Shown here in pieces: positions 50,671-64,000 of a stretch of 64,000 nt of DNA (position 1 is its first letter; every line of letters starts with the position of its first letter). This DNA comes from Negaprion brevirostris (Eukaryota). Where the stretch lies: the NCBI GenBank assembly GCA_030324005.1, contig JARDVH010000169.1, forward strand, positions 10,841,224-10,905,223, in the 5' to 3' direction. The position numbers and the translations under genes were made by a program. Below the pieces are notes generated by a model, which saw only the letters and a program-made list of their open reading frames with translations, was not told the origin of the DNA and searched no databases.

Positions 50671-52075
50671 TTGATTTGATATTATTACATGAATTAATAT
50701 ACAGTGAAAAGTATTGTTTCTTGCTCACTATACAAAGCATATTGTACATAGAAAAGGAAAGGAGAGAGTGCAGAATATAGTGCTACAGTCATAGCTAGGG
50801 TGTAGAGAAGATCAACTTAATGCAAGGTAGGTCCATTCAAAAGTCTGATGGCAGCAGAGAAGTTGATGTTCTTGAGTTGGTTGGTACGTATCCTCAGATT
50901 TGTGTATCTTTTTCCCGACAGAAGAAGGTGGAAGAGAGAATGTCCAGGGTGCGTGGGGTCCTTAATTATGCTGGCTGCTNNNNNNNNNNNNNNNNNNNNN
51001 NNNNNNNNNNNNNNNNNNNNNNNNNNNNNNNNNNNNNNNNNNNNNNNNNNNNNNNNNNNNNNNNNNNNNNNNNNNNNNNNNNNNNNNNNNNNNNNNNNNN
51101 NNNNNNNNNNNNNNNNNNNNNNNNNNNNNNNNNNNNNNNNNNNNNNNNNNNNNNNNNNNNNNNNNNNNNNNNNNNNNNNNNNNNNNNNNNNNNNNNNNNN
51201 NNNNNNNNNNNNNNNNNNNNNNNNNNNNNNNNNNNNNNNNNNNNNNNNNNNNNNNNNNNNNNNNNNNNNNNNNNNNNNNNNNNNNNNNNNNNNNNNNNNN
51301 NNNNNNNNNNNNNNNNNNNNNNNNNNNNNNNNNNNNNNNNNNNNNNNNNNNNNNNNNNNNNNNNNNNNNNNNNNNNNNNNNNNNNNNNNNNNNNNNNNNN
51401 NNNNNNNNNNNNNNNNNNNNNNNNNNNNNNNNNNNNNNNNNNNNNNNNNNNNNNNNNNNNNNNNNNNNNNNNNNNNNNNNNNNNNNNNNNNNNNNNNNNN
51501 NNNNNNNNNNNNNNNNNNNNNNNNNNNNNNNNNNNNNNNNNNNNNNNNNNNNNNNNNNNNNNNNNNNNNNNNNNNNNNNNNNNNNNNNNNNNNNNNNNNN
51601 NNNNNNNNNNNNNNNNNNNNNNNNNNNNNNNNNNNNNNNNNNNNNNNNNNNNNNNNNNNNNNNNNNNNNNNNNNNNNNNNNNNNNNNNNNNNNNNNNNNN
51701 NNNNNNNNNNNNNNNNNNNNNNNNNNNNNNNNNNNNNNNNNNNNNNNNNNNNNNNNNNNNNNNNNNNNNNNNNNNNNNNNNNNNNNNNNNNNNNNNNNNN
51801 NNNNNNNNNNNNNNNNNNNNNNNNNNNNNNNNNNNNNNNNNNNNNNNNNNNNNNNNNNNNNNNNNNNNNNNNNNNNNNNNNNNNNNNNNNNNNNNNNNNN
51901 NNNNNNNNNNNNNNNNNNNNNNNNNNNNNNNNNNNNNNNNNNNTGTAGGAATAATGGTGTTGAAGGCTGAGCTACAGTCAATAAATAGGAGTCTGATATA
52001 GTTGTCTTTGTTATCTAGGTGTTCCAGGATTGAGTGCAGGGCCAGGGAGATAGTGTCTGCTGTGGACCTGTTTCG
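50671..52075 (-). mobile_element. Rex1/Babar-clade LINE (RT to 3' end), mostly within an N-gap
   Basis: RT peptide [43 protein letters not shown]; 3' UTR with TTTTCACTGTA and an ATCAA-type tail. Confidence 0.85.
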
Positions 52076-53671
52076 GTTTAGGCAAACTGTTGTGGATCCA
52101 GACAATCTGGGTGGCTGGAATTGATTTGTACCCTGTAAAGTAGCAACTATAAAAAGGTTTGTAGGAGATCTACACACGCAGTTCCGTCTATTACTGAATA
52201 GTTTGATGGGGTTAGACCATACAGGATTTCTCAGTGGGCAATTTCCTCATCTCTGCCAATCAGTCTGAGCATGTGATTCCATAGGTAGAGTGGGAAATCA
52301 GAGGGTGAATCTAAGTGCCACTCTGACACATTTGATCAGCACAACCTGAGAATAGGTTGGCCATCTGCCCATCCTACCCTCAGAGTATAGAGCAGAAAGA
52401 AAATAACTTGTGATGAGGAGATGAAAAAAATACAGTAAATACAAATTATTTTGCAGTATATTGCTTTCATGTTTAATGATGCATAATACCCTGGATGGTT
52501 CTTACAACGTCGCATGGTGTTCTGCAGGCTGCTTCCAGTGACATGATTAACAATAAAAATATGAGAACAGCTGTGCTAAGTGGCGTGACACTGCTTCCAG
52601 ATGTACCAACCACTGGAGAAAAAGCATCCTTTTGGATTACAAAAATATATTCTGGATCTATCCCATTCATAGGCAAACTCAGTTAAGTTATGCAACATAA
52701 GGTCTCTGCATTTTTCCTCACAATTATAGAATCCATTCAAACAAAATCTTCACATACCAGTGAAAAGAAACCTGCTTTTTATACGCTGGTGCTTCCTGAT
52801 TAATAATGAAACATTTCCTGTATTTCACCTAAAAATACAGCCTGCAAAAAAATGTATTTTCCTCTATTTTTATCTCAGAAAACATAATTCCCCATGGTAT
52901 GTGATCTCCTTCCAGGTCTCTGCTAATGCCATTTTTTAGCTGTATGCTACTAGAAAGAATGTCCAACATATTAAAGCATACATAGATGTGGCCAGGTGAC
53001 CCATGATGTCCAGGATTGTTGCAGAAATATTGATATTTTTTCAAGAGTATGGATAAAAACACAAAACATGGAAGCCAAATTTCAACCTAACCAGAACCTG
53101 CAAATTTGCAAACTGCAGAGCTGGAACAGACAGTATTCATGCAGCCAGGCATTGGACAATCAACTTCCCGTCAAAACCACACAGGCCTGGAACTGCCTGG
53201 CAAGGTGCTAAAAGCCACATGTTTCAGAATGAACTGTTGTTTACACTTCCAGTGAAATGCTTTGTTAGAAGAATGCTATGCAGACTTGGTGGCACCCAGC
53301 TCAAAGGCCAGAGGCATAGCCTGACAAGACAGCACTAGACAGTTGAAGGTTCAAAACTATGTTCTGCAACCTTCAAATATGGGAACCTTATTAGATCTTC
53401 CTATCCAGCCTGATGCTAATATTGGACAAAGGACACTGAATCCTCGGGAAGGTGTGAAGCGGGGGATAAAAGGGGCAACCTGGAGCCCCAGCTGCTCTGG
53501 TTTTGCACCTTCTTCAACAGCATCTCCAGAGAGCATTTTTGACTGGCAGCTGAGTACCACAGCATCTCCCCTCCTTGTACCTCATGGCAAGCATCATCAG
53601 ACTGACAGACACAAATGACCATCCCAGTGAGATGACCTGGACATGAGGGGATGCCCAAATCCAAAGATCCA

Positions 53672-53865
53672 AGTCCAGAGATGTGCAGGTTAGGTTGATT
53701 GGCCATGCTAAAATTGCCCCTTAGTGTCCAGAGATGAATAGATTAGAGGGATTAGTGGGTAAAATATGTCAGGATATGGGGGTAGGGCCTAGGTGGGATT
53801 GTGTTTGGTGCAGACTTGATGGGCCAAATGGCCTTTTTCTGCACTGTAGGGTTTCTATGATTCTG
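53672..53865 (+). mobile_element. HE1-type SINE 3' half
   Basis: agatgtgcaggttaggttgattggccatgctaaaattgcccc...ctgcactgtagggtttctatgattct. Confidence 0.85.
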
Positions 53866-53917
53866 TGAAATTGATGACTGTAGTTCCTGAAACATCTGCC
53901 AACCCTCCAAGACCAAG

Positions 53918-54190
53918 GACATAAGAACATAAGAAATAGGCGCAGGAGTAGGCCATCTAGCCCTTTGAGCCTGCCCCGCCATTCAATAAGATCATGGCTG
54001 ATCTGTCGTGGCTCAGTTNNNNNNNNNNNNNNNNNNNNNNNNNNNNNNNNNNNNNNNNNNNNNNNNNNNNNNNNNNNNNNNNNNNNNNNNNNNNNNNNNN
54101 NNNNNNNNNNNNNNNNNNCAGATCATCTATATAAATGGTAAATAGCTGAGGCCCCAGCACCGACCCCTGGGGCACTCCACTAGTCACCAA
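53918..54190 (-). mobile_element. Young CR1 LINE, gap-interrupted
   Basis: Standard 3' tail; intact RT motif VTSGVPQGSVLGPQLFTIYIDDL after the gap. Confidence 0.85.
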
Positions 54191-56954
54191 CAGCCTTATT
54201 GAATGGGTATGAACAATCTTTTCAGACATAGGTCCCTTTCACTTTATTTAGACTATGTAAAGGGTGTAGCGAATCCTTAGATGCATGTGTCAGAAGTAGT
54301 AGTGTAGATTTGAGACTGTTTACTTGAGAAATTTAAGGCCGTTTACCGAAGAGTCTTGTGAAGAGATTGATAGAATTTGAAAGAGTTTAATTAAAGTACA
54401 ACAGTAGAGTCTGATAAATACTATTTTTCCATGATAAAGTGTTCAATAAAGTTGTGTTGGGACTTCATCTGACTTGTGCCCTCTTTATCTATCTCATCAC
54501 ATAACATGCCTGAGTTAAAAAACGTTACTGTAAATTAGTCAAGATTAATCCGGTACATTTTACTAACTTTCACTTTATAAAATAGACTTGTGGTTGATGA
54601 CTTACGACAGTTGTATTACTGTAACAGGTTTTTGAAATGTTTCTAACATATTACTGTGCCATTTTGCATTCTAAAAGGTTTTTGCTATTACAGGAGTTAA
54701 TTTATGCTGCAATAGAGTAATTGGCTTTATAAATTAATTATTTGTAATCCAATGGTGCACTCAAAGTACAAATAATTAACAGACAAGTTCGCTTCATGGA
54801 GTGTGTGAATCCTACTCCATGAGACTATCATCTTAACTATAATATCAAAGCAAAAACTAAAGTACATTTTCATTACTTACTATGGAATAGATTTATGCAA
54901 TTGGTGATAAACGTAATCCTGTCAAGCTGCAACACCACTGACAATTCAAACACTAACAGTGTGTCCAGCAATGGACACACCCAACCCCAAATATTCAATC
55001 AATTATGACAAACATTAGGTTTAAAAAACACACAAGCAGTTAATATAACCTCAAATTTAAGCCAAAAAGTCAAATTCTGACAAAACATTTTTGATAAACA
55101 CATGTGTTCTCATTAAAAGCAAAAATCAGAAGTAATGTGCCAGCTGGCAAAACAATGTGCTCCCCAAGATGCTGACATAATGAGATGTTTAAGCGGTAAA
55201 ATATCATTTAGCAATAGCATACAGACATGTGTGCTTGTTCTACCACTACTAGTCTCTCTTGCATGCCAGAAGAAGCAGGTGCAGTGTAGCTCTGCAGAGC
55301 GGATATATTTTATTAAATGCTTTCTCTGTAATTTTATGCCATAGTTGCATATTATTTCGGAGCTCAGAATAACATTAGAGAAAAAACATTCAATATACAG
55401 GCTAATTTATGCATTCAAAAGCTGTGTCAATATAAACTCGACACAAACAATTTTGTACTTGCACCAATTTGGCTTTTTTAAGAACAAAATTAAATGAAAC
55501 CTCCTTTCTTTGTTCTGTCTACAACAATGATCAACTTAATACTTCATTTCCAATATCAGGCCCCACAGTTAACCGGTCTCTCCTATTGACTTTGCTCAGA
55601 GGCGTACATACAAAATGTAAAAAATATAAATTGGAAACATCCCCAATTATAACCATTATTCAATAACCTGGGAGTTCCTTCCAGACCATGTACAGCTTTA
55701 TTACAACTCAAAGTTTTGATATGAACACAACAATAGCATCTATACTCTATAGCATGGAGGCCACACATTTTTAGACTGACAGGATAGATTTGCAATATAT
55801 GGTCCTGTCAGCATTTCTTACTATTGCCTACCATTTGATTTGTTCAAGATCAGTGTCCATTAAGGTCAATTACATAGTTTTTATTAATACTAAGGCTGGA
55901 ATCAGTCCAAATCCATTATCTCTTCACAATTCCTCTTTCTTCTGCCAGTTCAAGTCGAGAAAACAGATCATCATATGACTTCTTAAGCATTTTGATGAAC
56001 TTACTAATTTCTTTGATGCTGAACTGCCAGCATCTTCCCCGCAGCATTAAAAAGTCTTGTTTCCTTCTGTTCGTGCTCACTTTCACAGTATGCAACTAAC
56101 CTTAAAAAATGTGGAAATGCCTTTTCAAGCAAAAAGTAAAGGAAAATTAACTATTCTCTTCTGTAAACTACTTTAGTTATTTTGGAGAATTGCTGCAGCA
56201 CTTTGCATAGTGACCTTTCTTTTTAACATAATAGGAATAAGATCTCAACTGTTTACGTATTAATTGTGCTCCCTCTAAAGATGTTGCCATTGTTAAGAAT
56301 TTTGTGCATTTTTTAAAAAAAATTGCCGTCAGAGATTTTGCTTCGATTCAACAGTATGTCATCTCTCGGAAATTGCACGTCTCCTTAACATACTTCAAAC
56401 AGAATAGCAGACAAATATCAGCATAGAAGTACATCAGAAGTCATTACTAGCATTAAGTAGCATTAAGAAACTTCCTATTCAGTTAAGTATGGGATACAGC
56501 CAGCCAGAAAATTGTTTAAATCTTGTACCATTTCAAATAAATAATTGTAAAACTCAATTCCTAGAAAGACTAATTCTAGCTATGATGGAGCAAAATTACT
56601 GAGTCTTTTTGATCAATCAGTTGACTACCAATTTTTCAGTATTGTGATTGATTCACAGGATCATGTCTAAATTGCCTCATCTGACACTGGTCTGTGATAG
56701 TGACTGCTCATTGGTCCCTACTGCTGATTTTAAGTAGCAACAATGGCTCCCTACTGAGAGCTGCAGTTGCCCAGAGAAAATGGGATTGAAAATTCTCATT
56801 TTATTTGGGGCAGGATGACCATCGCGAACAAGACAGGAAAGAGTTCTGCAAATCTCCACATCAAGAGTTTACCAAATCCTGTTAAAAAGCACTCTATTCA
56901 TGCAGTTTCAGTCAGTTTTGACACTGAGACATTAGAAGTTATAGCATACAAGGC

Positions 56955-57649
56955 AATGACCTGGTCCATGGTATCATACTGCTAGGTCTTCAATTGGACT
57001 CGTCTGCATGAATCCTACTTTCTTAGATCTTTTCAAATATTTAACCGCAACCCTTTAAAATTATGCTACAGGTAAAGAATTGTATGTTCTAATTTGTCAG
57101 TGAAACAATCTTCCAAGTTTCTCTTTTGCCAGGCCTCAATTGCATTTTATTAATTTAGCAAACGTTGGAAATCACCATAGGGTGATTTTGATAAGTATGT
57201 AATGTATGTTTTAATGTGAATAAAAGGTACTGGAGACAGATAGATCAAGTAACCGAAGGAACACTCATTAAGAACTTGGAACATAGTTAACGACATTCAC
57301 CAAATGTTCAGCGAGGGTTCTGGGATTTACTGGTAGATTGGTGAATTACAAAATTAAAAGTAGGATACCCAGGTTTCAATTGCACTTGTACAATTTAATC
57401 CACATTTCTGATGATGCATATGGTGTTCAGAAAAAGGCAAGTTGGATGATATGTAAACATAGTTTTCTTGATTATTGTGGCTATTTATCTTGCAGAAATG
57501 GTTGATGAAAGGGGATGCAAGTGATATTTTTAAAATCACGACTTAGGATAAGATGAATGACCTGGCCCATGGTATCATACTGCTAGGTCTTCAACTGGGG
57601 TTGTCTGCATGAATCCTACTTTCTTAGATCTTCCTTTTCAAATATTTAA
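56955..57649 (+). repeat. ~90-bp dispersed direct repeat (56955-57044 and 57556-57649)
   Basis: aatgacctgg[t/c]ccatggtatcatactgctaggtcttcaa...tctgcatgaatcctactttcttagatctt...ttcaaatatttaa occurs twice. Confidence 0.9.
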
Positions 57650-58199
57650 ATGATTAGGGCTAAAAGACGATACATGACTAGGAAATCTGGATAAATTCCA
57701 GGAAATACTTCCTTTTCTTAAACAGTTGTCATCAATTGCTATAACTTACTAGTGGATGTGGGCAATATACCACTGTCCTTCAAACTGAACTGGAGAAGGT
57801 TCTGAGAGATGGTACTGGAGTGGTGATTTGTGGGAACACTGAACTAGTGATGCACCATAGCAATCAATTACTTTTGCTCAATTGTCTTCTGAAATTACAG
57901 AAATATTTCCCAGAGGTCTTCCCTGAAGATGGTCAAAGCTTAGCTCCTGTAAAATTGTATTATCAGCAGCTTTGCACAGCGATGGATGAGATTGCACCAT
58001 CTAGTGCATGGGATAAACATTAGTGGACCACTTTAACGTTCTCACTGTTATTTCCAAAGTGCAAATGTTTGTATAGATTGCATTGTATTTTAATTTGACC
58101 GAAAATCCCATTTGCGACTTCTTGTTTAGCTTCCACTTGGGGGCATGTTCTCCTTGTGTGTTTAAAATTGCAACTTTTTCTGAGGTTGTCTCCTGAGGT

Positions 58200-59018
58200 C
58201 TGTAGCATTACAGATTCCAGTCTTCAGCTAATTCAATTCATTCCACATGGTAACAACAAACGGCTGAAGGCACTAGATACTGACAACATTCTGGCAATGG
58301 TACTTAAGAATTGTGCACCAGAACTTGCCACGAAAGTGTCCTGTATCTCAGTTACAGGACACCACTGCAAGAGCTCCTCGGGGTAGTGTCCTGGGTCCAA
58401 CCATGTTCAGTGGCTTCATCACCATTAGGTCAGCTATTCTCTGCACACTGTTCATGAAACTATAGTTATTGAAGCAGTCCGTGTCCATATGTAGCTGGAT
58501 TATATTCAGGCTCGTGCTGATAAATGGCAAGTAACATTCGTGCCACACAAATGTCAGGCAATGTCCATCACCAACAAGAAAGAGTCTAAACATCTCTGTT
58601 TGATATTCAATGGCATTGCCATCTCAGAATACCATACAATCAACATCCCGGGAATTACCATTCACCTAAAAATGACTGGAGTAGCTATATTGCGGCTACA
58701 AGAACAGGTCAGAGGAAGAGCAGGAAATCTACCGAAAATAGCTGACCTCTTGACTCCCCAAAGCCTGTATACCATCTACAAGGCACAAGTCAGGAGTACA
58801 ATGGAATACCCTTCGCTTGCCTGGATGAGTGCAGCTCCAACAACACTCTCAAAACTCAGAACGAAGCAGCCCGCTTGATTGGCACACCATCNNNNNNNNN
58901 NNNNNNNNNNNNNNNNNNNNNNNNNNNNNNNNNNNNNNNNNNNNNNNNNNNNNNNNNNNNNNNNNNNNNNNNNNNNNNNNNNNNNNNNNNNACCCATACC
59001 CACGAATGAATTAAAAAA
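58200..59018 (+). mobile_element. LINE (CR1/L2 group, second family), decayed
   Basis: Peptides VLKNCAPELA, PQGSVLGP and LYTIYKAQVRSTMEY; ends with cccacgaatgaatt. Confidence 0.75.
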
Positions 59019-60090
59019 GCCTTTCTTGAACTAAAACTTAGTATTCATCTAGTTTTTAGCTCATCTGACATTCATTCCTCTGCAGTTTTCTTTTTAAAAT
59101 TACATGCTCCAAACCTGATCCTTACAGGTGATGATTACAGGTAATTTAGCCACATCGTGATCTTTGATCCACAGATGTTTTGCTTAATTTACGAATAGAA
59201 ATCTGTTCACCAGCACAAACCAGATTTGAACGTGTTATCCATCTCTCAGATATTAGGGTTGATATTGTTCAATGAAACATTTATATATACACATCAATAG
59301 ATGACATTTTTCTGTGTTATTTAAGCAAAATTGGTTAAAATAAACATTACTGCTGACAGCAGGAAAAAGTTTTCCTGTTTTTTCCAAATGTATTACAACA
59401 TTTATGTCTGAGTCACAGCACAATTTCAATTATATTAGGTGAAAATGCAGGCTTGTAGACCAGTCAGTGGTTGCAATTCTGGAACCTCATGTTCATTAAG
59501 GAATTTCTAGTTTATATTTCACTGATTGAAGTTACTCATTATGACAACATTATTATTCTACATATCATATTTAATCTTAGTATGTTATTATCCTTATCTT
59601 GCTCAGGGGACTATGGCAGTTTTCTGTTGTTAATCCTGGCCTCCACTTGCTTATTAATTCACATCTGAAATATCATCTGTTCTCAGGAACTTATCAAGCT
59701 CTTTCTTGAAGGACTGTGGAGTATAGATCACATCCACCAATAAGCCATGAGATTTCAGCTTTGAGGTAAAAGAAATTAAAAAAAAGAGATGTATAGAATA
59801 AACTAAAACTCTAAATGCCTTTCGTTTGGATGGATCACATCCATGTATTTTATAAGAATCCAGGAAAGAGATTATAGAGGAATTACACAAATGTAACAAT
59901 TTATTTGAGAAAAATGTCTTCCCAGAGGATTAGTGGATAGCAAATGTAATTTTTCGAGTTTGGGACAGAACAGGACAAGTCCTGGAAATTAAAGATCAGT
60001 CAGCTTTATATTGGTGGTAAGAAAAATAATAGAATCCCCCTTAAAGGAGAGAATAGAAGAACATCCAGGAACAAACTAATCAAGAGTGAA

Positions 60091-61970
60091 CATGGATTTA
60101 AGACATCGCTGGCCAGGCCAGCATTGTTCCCCATCCCTAACTGCCTTAAGATGATAGTGGCGAGCTGCCTTCTTGAATCTCTACAATTCATGTGATGCAG
60201 ATATACCTACAGTATTGTTGGGGAAGGAGTTCTAGGATTTTGACCCAGCAGCAGTGAAGGAACGGCAATCTATTTCGAATTAGGGAGGGTGAGTGGCTTG
60301 GAGGGGAACTTTCAGGTGGTGGTGTTCCCATATGTCTGCTGCCTTTCTTCTCGGTAACGAGGTGCTATCGAAGGAGCTTCACGAGTTGCTGCAGTGCATT
60401 ATGTAGATGGCACAAGCTGCTGGCACTGTGTATCAGTAGTGGAGCGAGTGAATATTTAAGGTGGTGGATGGGGTGCCAATCAAATGGGCCACTTCGTGCT
60501 GAATACTGTTGAGCTTCTTAAATGTTGTTGGAGCTGCATCCATCCAGGCAATTCCAACACATTTGTAACTTGTGCTTTGTAGGTGATGGACTTTGGGAAG
60601 TCAGGAGGTAAGTAACTAGCCACAGAATTACCAACTTCTGACCTGCTCTTGTAACCACAGTATTTAAATGGCTAGTCCAGTTTAGTTTCTGGTTAACTGC
60701 CAGTATATTGATACTGTAGCTATCAGCAGAAAACGTCAAGGTTAGATTCTCTCCTATTGAAGGTGATCATTGTCTGGCACTCGTGCGGTGTGAATATTGT
60801 ATGCCACGTATCAGCCGAAACCTGAATGACGTCCTGATCTTGCTGCATATGGATACAATTGCTTCAGCATCTGACAAGTTGTGAATCGTACCACATATTG
60901 CACAACCATCAGCAAACATTCTTACCTCTGACCTTACAATGGAGGGAAGATCATTGATATTCAGCATGGTGGCACCGTGGTTAGCACTGCTGCCTCAGAG
61001 CATCAAAGCCTTGGGGACTGTGTGGAGTTTGAACTTTTTCCCCACGTCTGTGTTATTTTCCTCTGGATGCTCCAGTTTCCTCCCAAAGATGGTTAGGTAG
61101 ATGGGTCATGATAAAATTGTCCCAAGATGTATAGGTTAGATGGACTAACCATAGCAAAATGTGAGGTTGCAGGGATAGGGCAAGAGAGGGGGCCTGGGTA
61201 AGACACACTGTCAGAGAGTCGGCACAGACTTGATGGTCTGAATGGCCTCCTTCTCCACTGTACGGGTTCTGTGATTCTATGAAACAAGTGAAAATGGTTG
61301 GGCCTAGGGCATTACTCTGAGCAAGTTCAACAGCCTTGAGACTGAGATGATTGATCTCCAAACAAGCACAACCATCTTCCTTCATACTAAACCTGACTCT
61401 GATCAGTGGAGTGTATTCTCCCTGATTTCCATTAACTTCAGTTTTTGTCAAGCTCCTTGATATCACACTACATTTAATGCAGTCTTAATATCAATGTCAG
61501 TCACACTCGCATCACCTCTCATTCAGTTCTTTTGCTTACATTTGGACCAAGACTGTAATGAGGTCAGGAGCTGAGTGTCCCTGGTGGAACTCAAGCAGAG
61601 CATCAGTGAGCAGGTTATTGCTGAGTAAGAATCAAGTGACAGCACTGCCAATGCCACCTTTCATCACTTAAATGATGATCGGGAATAGACTGATGGATTG
61701 GATTTGTTTTGTTTTTTGTGGACAGGATATGCCTGGGCAATGATCCATGTCATCGGGTAGATGCCAGAGTTATAGTTGTACTGCAACAGCTTGTTCTGAC
61801 CAGTTTGGCCCGACAAGTTCTGGAGCATAAGTCTTTAAAACTGCCAGTGTGCTGTCAGGGTCGATAGCCTTTGCAGTTTCCAGTACTTTCAGCTGTTTCT
61901 TGGTATCATGAAGAATGAACTGAATTAGCTGAAGACTGACATCTGTAATGCTGGGGACTTCAGGAGGAGA
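60091..61970 (-). mobile_element. LINE of the same family as 58200-59018, with a nested plus-strand HE1 SINE (60964-61281)
   Basis: Peptides INDLPSIVRSEVRMFAD and LGPTIFTCFI flank the SINE; 3' end GGGATGGGGAACAATGCTGGCCTGGCCAGCGATG. Confidence 0.8.
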
Positions 61971-61974
61971 CCAG

Positions 61975-62935
61975 TGGGAGTAAAGAGTAATTATTCAGAA
62001 GGTGGGAAGAGGTGATTCACAAAAGTCAATACCAGGATTACGACTATTCACAATTTACATTAAGAACTTGGACTTTGGAATCAAAAATACTACTTCAAAA
62101 TTTGTGGATGACACCAAATTTTGTGGTAAAACCTGAGGAGGACTGCAAAATTAAACTTTCAGAACGGGCAAATAAAGTTCAACAGAGCCAGATGCAAGGT
62201 AGGACATTTTGGTAGAAATATAAAAAGATCACATTATCTGAAAGATCCAAGTCCACGTGGGCTAGTGTTACAAAGAGATCGTAGTGTACTAATACGCAAG
62301 ACACTAAAAGTTGAACCACAGATTAGCAAGGCCTTAAGGAGGACCACCAAACACGAGGCTTTAGTACTAGAGGGGTAGAATTGGAAAAATAGCAAAGTTA
62401 TGTAAAACTGCATGGAACCTGGGTTAGACCACACTTTGAATACTCCCTGCATTTCTAGTTGCCATATTATAGAAAGGGTATCGAGATACTACAGAAGATG
62501 CAGAGAAGATTTAAAAGGATGATACTAGAAATATCTGAGTATTCATATCAAGAAAGGATTGGCAAGCTATATCTTTTATCCTCTTGCAAAAAGATTTGAG
62601 GGGCTAGGTATTTACAATTGTGAAATATTTTAATAGAACAAATAGAGAGAGAATGTTTTCTTTTGTGGGGAAAACAAACTTGACTAGGGGCCATCAAAAA
62701 GGTAGTCATTAAGAAATCCATGAAGGAATTCAGAACATACTACTTTACCTACAAAGTGGTGAGAATGCAGAACTTGCTACTACAGGAGTGGTTGAAAAGA
62801 ATAGTACAGATGCATTTAAGCAGAAGCTAAACAAGCAAAAGAGGGAGGAGGTAACAGGGAGTCATGATAATAGATTCAAATTGAAGGAGGCTCAAGTGGG
62901 GCATAAACACTGGACTGGTTGGATTGAATGCCTGA
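61975..62935 (+). mobile_element. Decayed CR1 LINE 3' portion
   Basis: aaatttgtggatgacaccaaa (KFxDDTK) and gttagaccacactttgaatac (VRPHxEY); probably continues the CR1 remnant at ~59880-60090. Confidence 0.7.
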
Positions 62936-64000
62936 TTNNNNNNNNNNNNNNNNNNNNNNNNNNNNNNNNNNNNNNNNNNNNNNNNNNNNNNNNNNNNNNN
63001 NNNNNNNNNNNNNNNNNNNNNNNNNNNNNNNNNNNNNNNNNNNNNNNNNNNNNNNNNNNNNNNNNNNNNNNNNNNNNNNNNNNNNNNNNNNNNNNNNNNN
63101 NNNNNNNNNNNNNNNNNNNNNNNNNNNNNNNNNNNNNNNNNNNNNNNNNNNNNNNNNNNNNNNNNNNNNNNNNNNNNNNNNNNNNNNNNNNNNNNNNNNN
63201 NNNNNNNNNNNNNNNNNNNNNNNNNNNNNNNNNNNNNNNNNNNNNNNNNNNNNNNNNNNNNNNNNNNNNNNNNNNNNNNNNNNNNNNNNNNNNNNNNNNN
63301 NNNNNNNNNNNNNNNNNNNNNNNNNNNNNNNNNNNNNNNNNNNNNNNNNNNNNNNNNNNNNNNNNNNNNNNNNNNNNNNNNNNNNNNNNNNNNNNNNNNN
63401 NNNNNNNNNNNNNNNNNNNNNNNNNNATTTAACGCAATTTAACTAACTATGTACTGCCTACATGTCAATTTCAATGATAATACTAAGACATTAAAATCCT
63501 GTATTGTTTCCTTCCTCTAAATGTCCACACCTATACATCATGTTATGCATTTTGTTAATTTTTGGTTTTAGTCATTTTTGGGATGTAGGCAGGATTTGAA
63601 CCCAGGCTCCCAGAGCATTATCCCAAATCTCTGGATTATTAGTCCAGTGACACTACTGTAATGCCACTGCCTACCCAGTCAAAGAAAATAGATGAAGCGA
63701 ATAGTATAGATGCATTCAAGAGGTGGCTAGAGAAGTATATGGTAGAGAACAGGGTGATTGAGTTAGATGCGAAAGATTGGGAAGATCAAATGGAGTATAA
63801 ATGCCAGCATGAACTGGTTAGGCCGAATGGCTTATTTCTGTGCTGCATGTCCTATGCAATAACTAATTCAATGCGGCCTGAGATTCAACCTGGATTTTAC
63901 TGATTTGTATGCATCAGACATAATATTTCTTACCTTGATGTTTTCAGTGAAATCATAGTGAAAGCTGAATATATTTTACAGTTATGAATTACTGTTAAAG

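Noticed and set aside
50820-52177. Long ORFs of 339-403 aa, and similar ones at 12946-13399 and 62788-63446
   Set aside because: Their length comes from N-runs translated as X; the only real coding signal is a Rex1-type RT fragment.
54250-54510. Possible solo LTR (tgtaaagg...aataaa...cataaca); similar texture at ~41270-41500
   Set aside because: No convincing TSD or second copy is visible, so it cannot be supported without a repeat library.

Overview
Vertebrate, repeat-rich genomic DNA. The SINE/LINE content (HE1/V-SINE, Deu-type SINE, CR1, L2, Rex1, Penelope-like) points to a shark or other elasmobranch draft assembly with several N-gaps. Two protein-coding genes lie on the minus strand in the same order as in human. 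The first is the 3' end of adenosine kinase (adk): the last two coding exons are at 37567-37653 and 33434-33558, and the ORF track misses both. About 12 kb further on is the CpG-island promoter, a likely non-coding first exon and the first coding exon of the MYST histone acetyltransferase kat6b (CDS 18866-19487, two winged-helix domains). The rest is intron or intergenic sequence full of nested retroelements and candidate conserved non-coding elements. The most unusual item is a ~185-bp element at 1980-2164. It begins with the 5' end of U2 snRNA and continues as a compact, highly base-paired RNA with twin arms sharing one basal motif, so it is a candidate snRNA-headed SINE or ncRNA. Other points of note are a TSD-flanked Penelope-like mini-element carrying a minimal hammerhead core, tail-swapped SINEs, a 5'-inverted L2, a uORF-dense kat6b leader and a mis-sized gap that falsely frameshifts kat6b. 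No prokaryotic systems or CRISPR arrays are present. Family names come from recognition and memory, not from database searches, and repeat boundaries are approximate.
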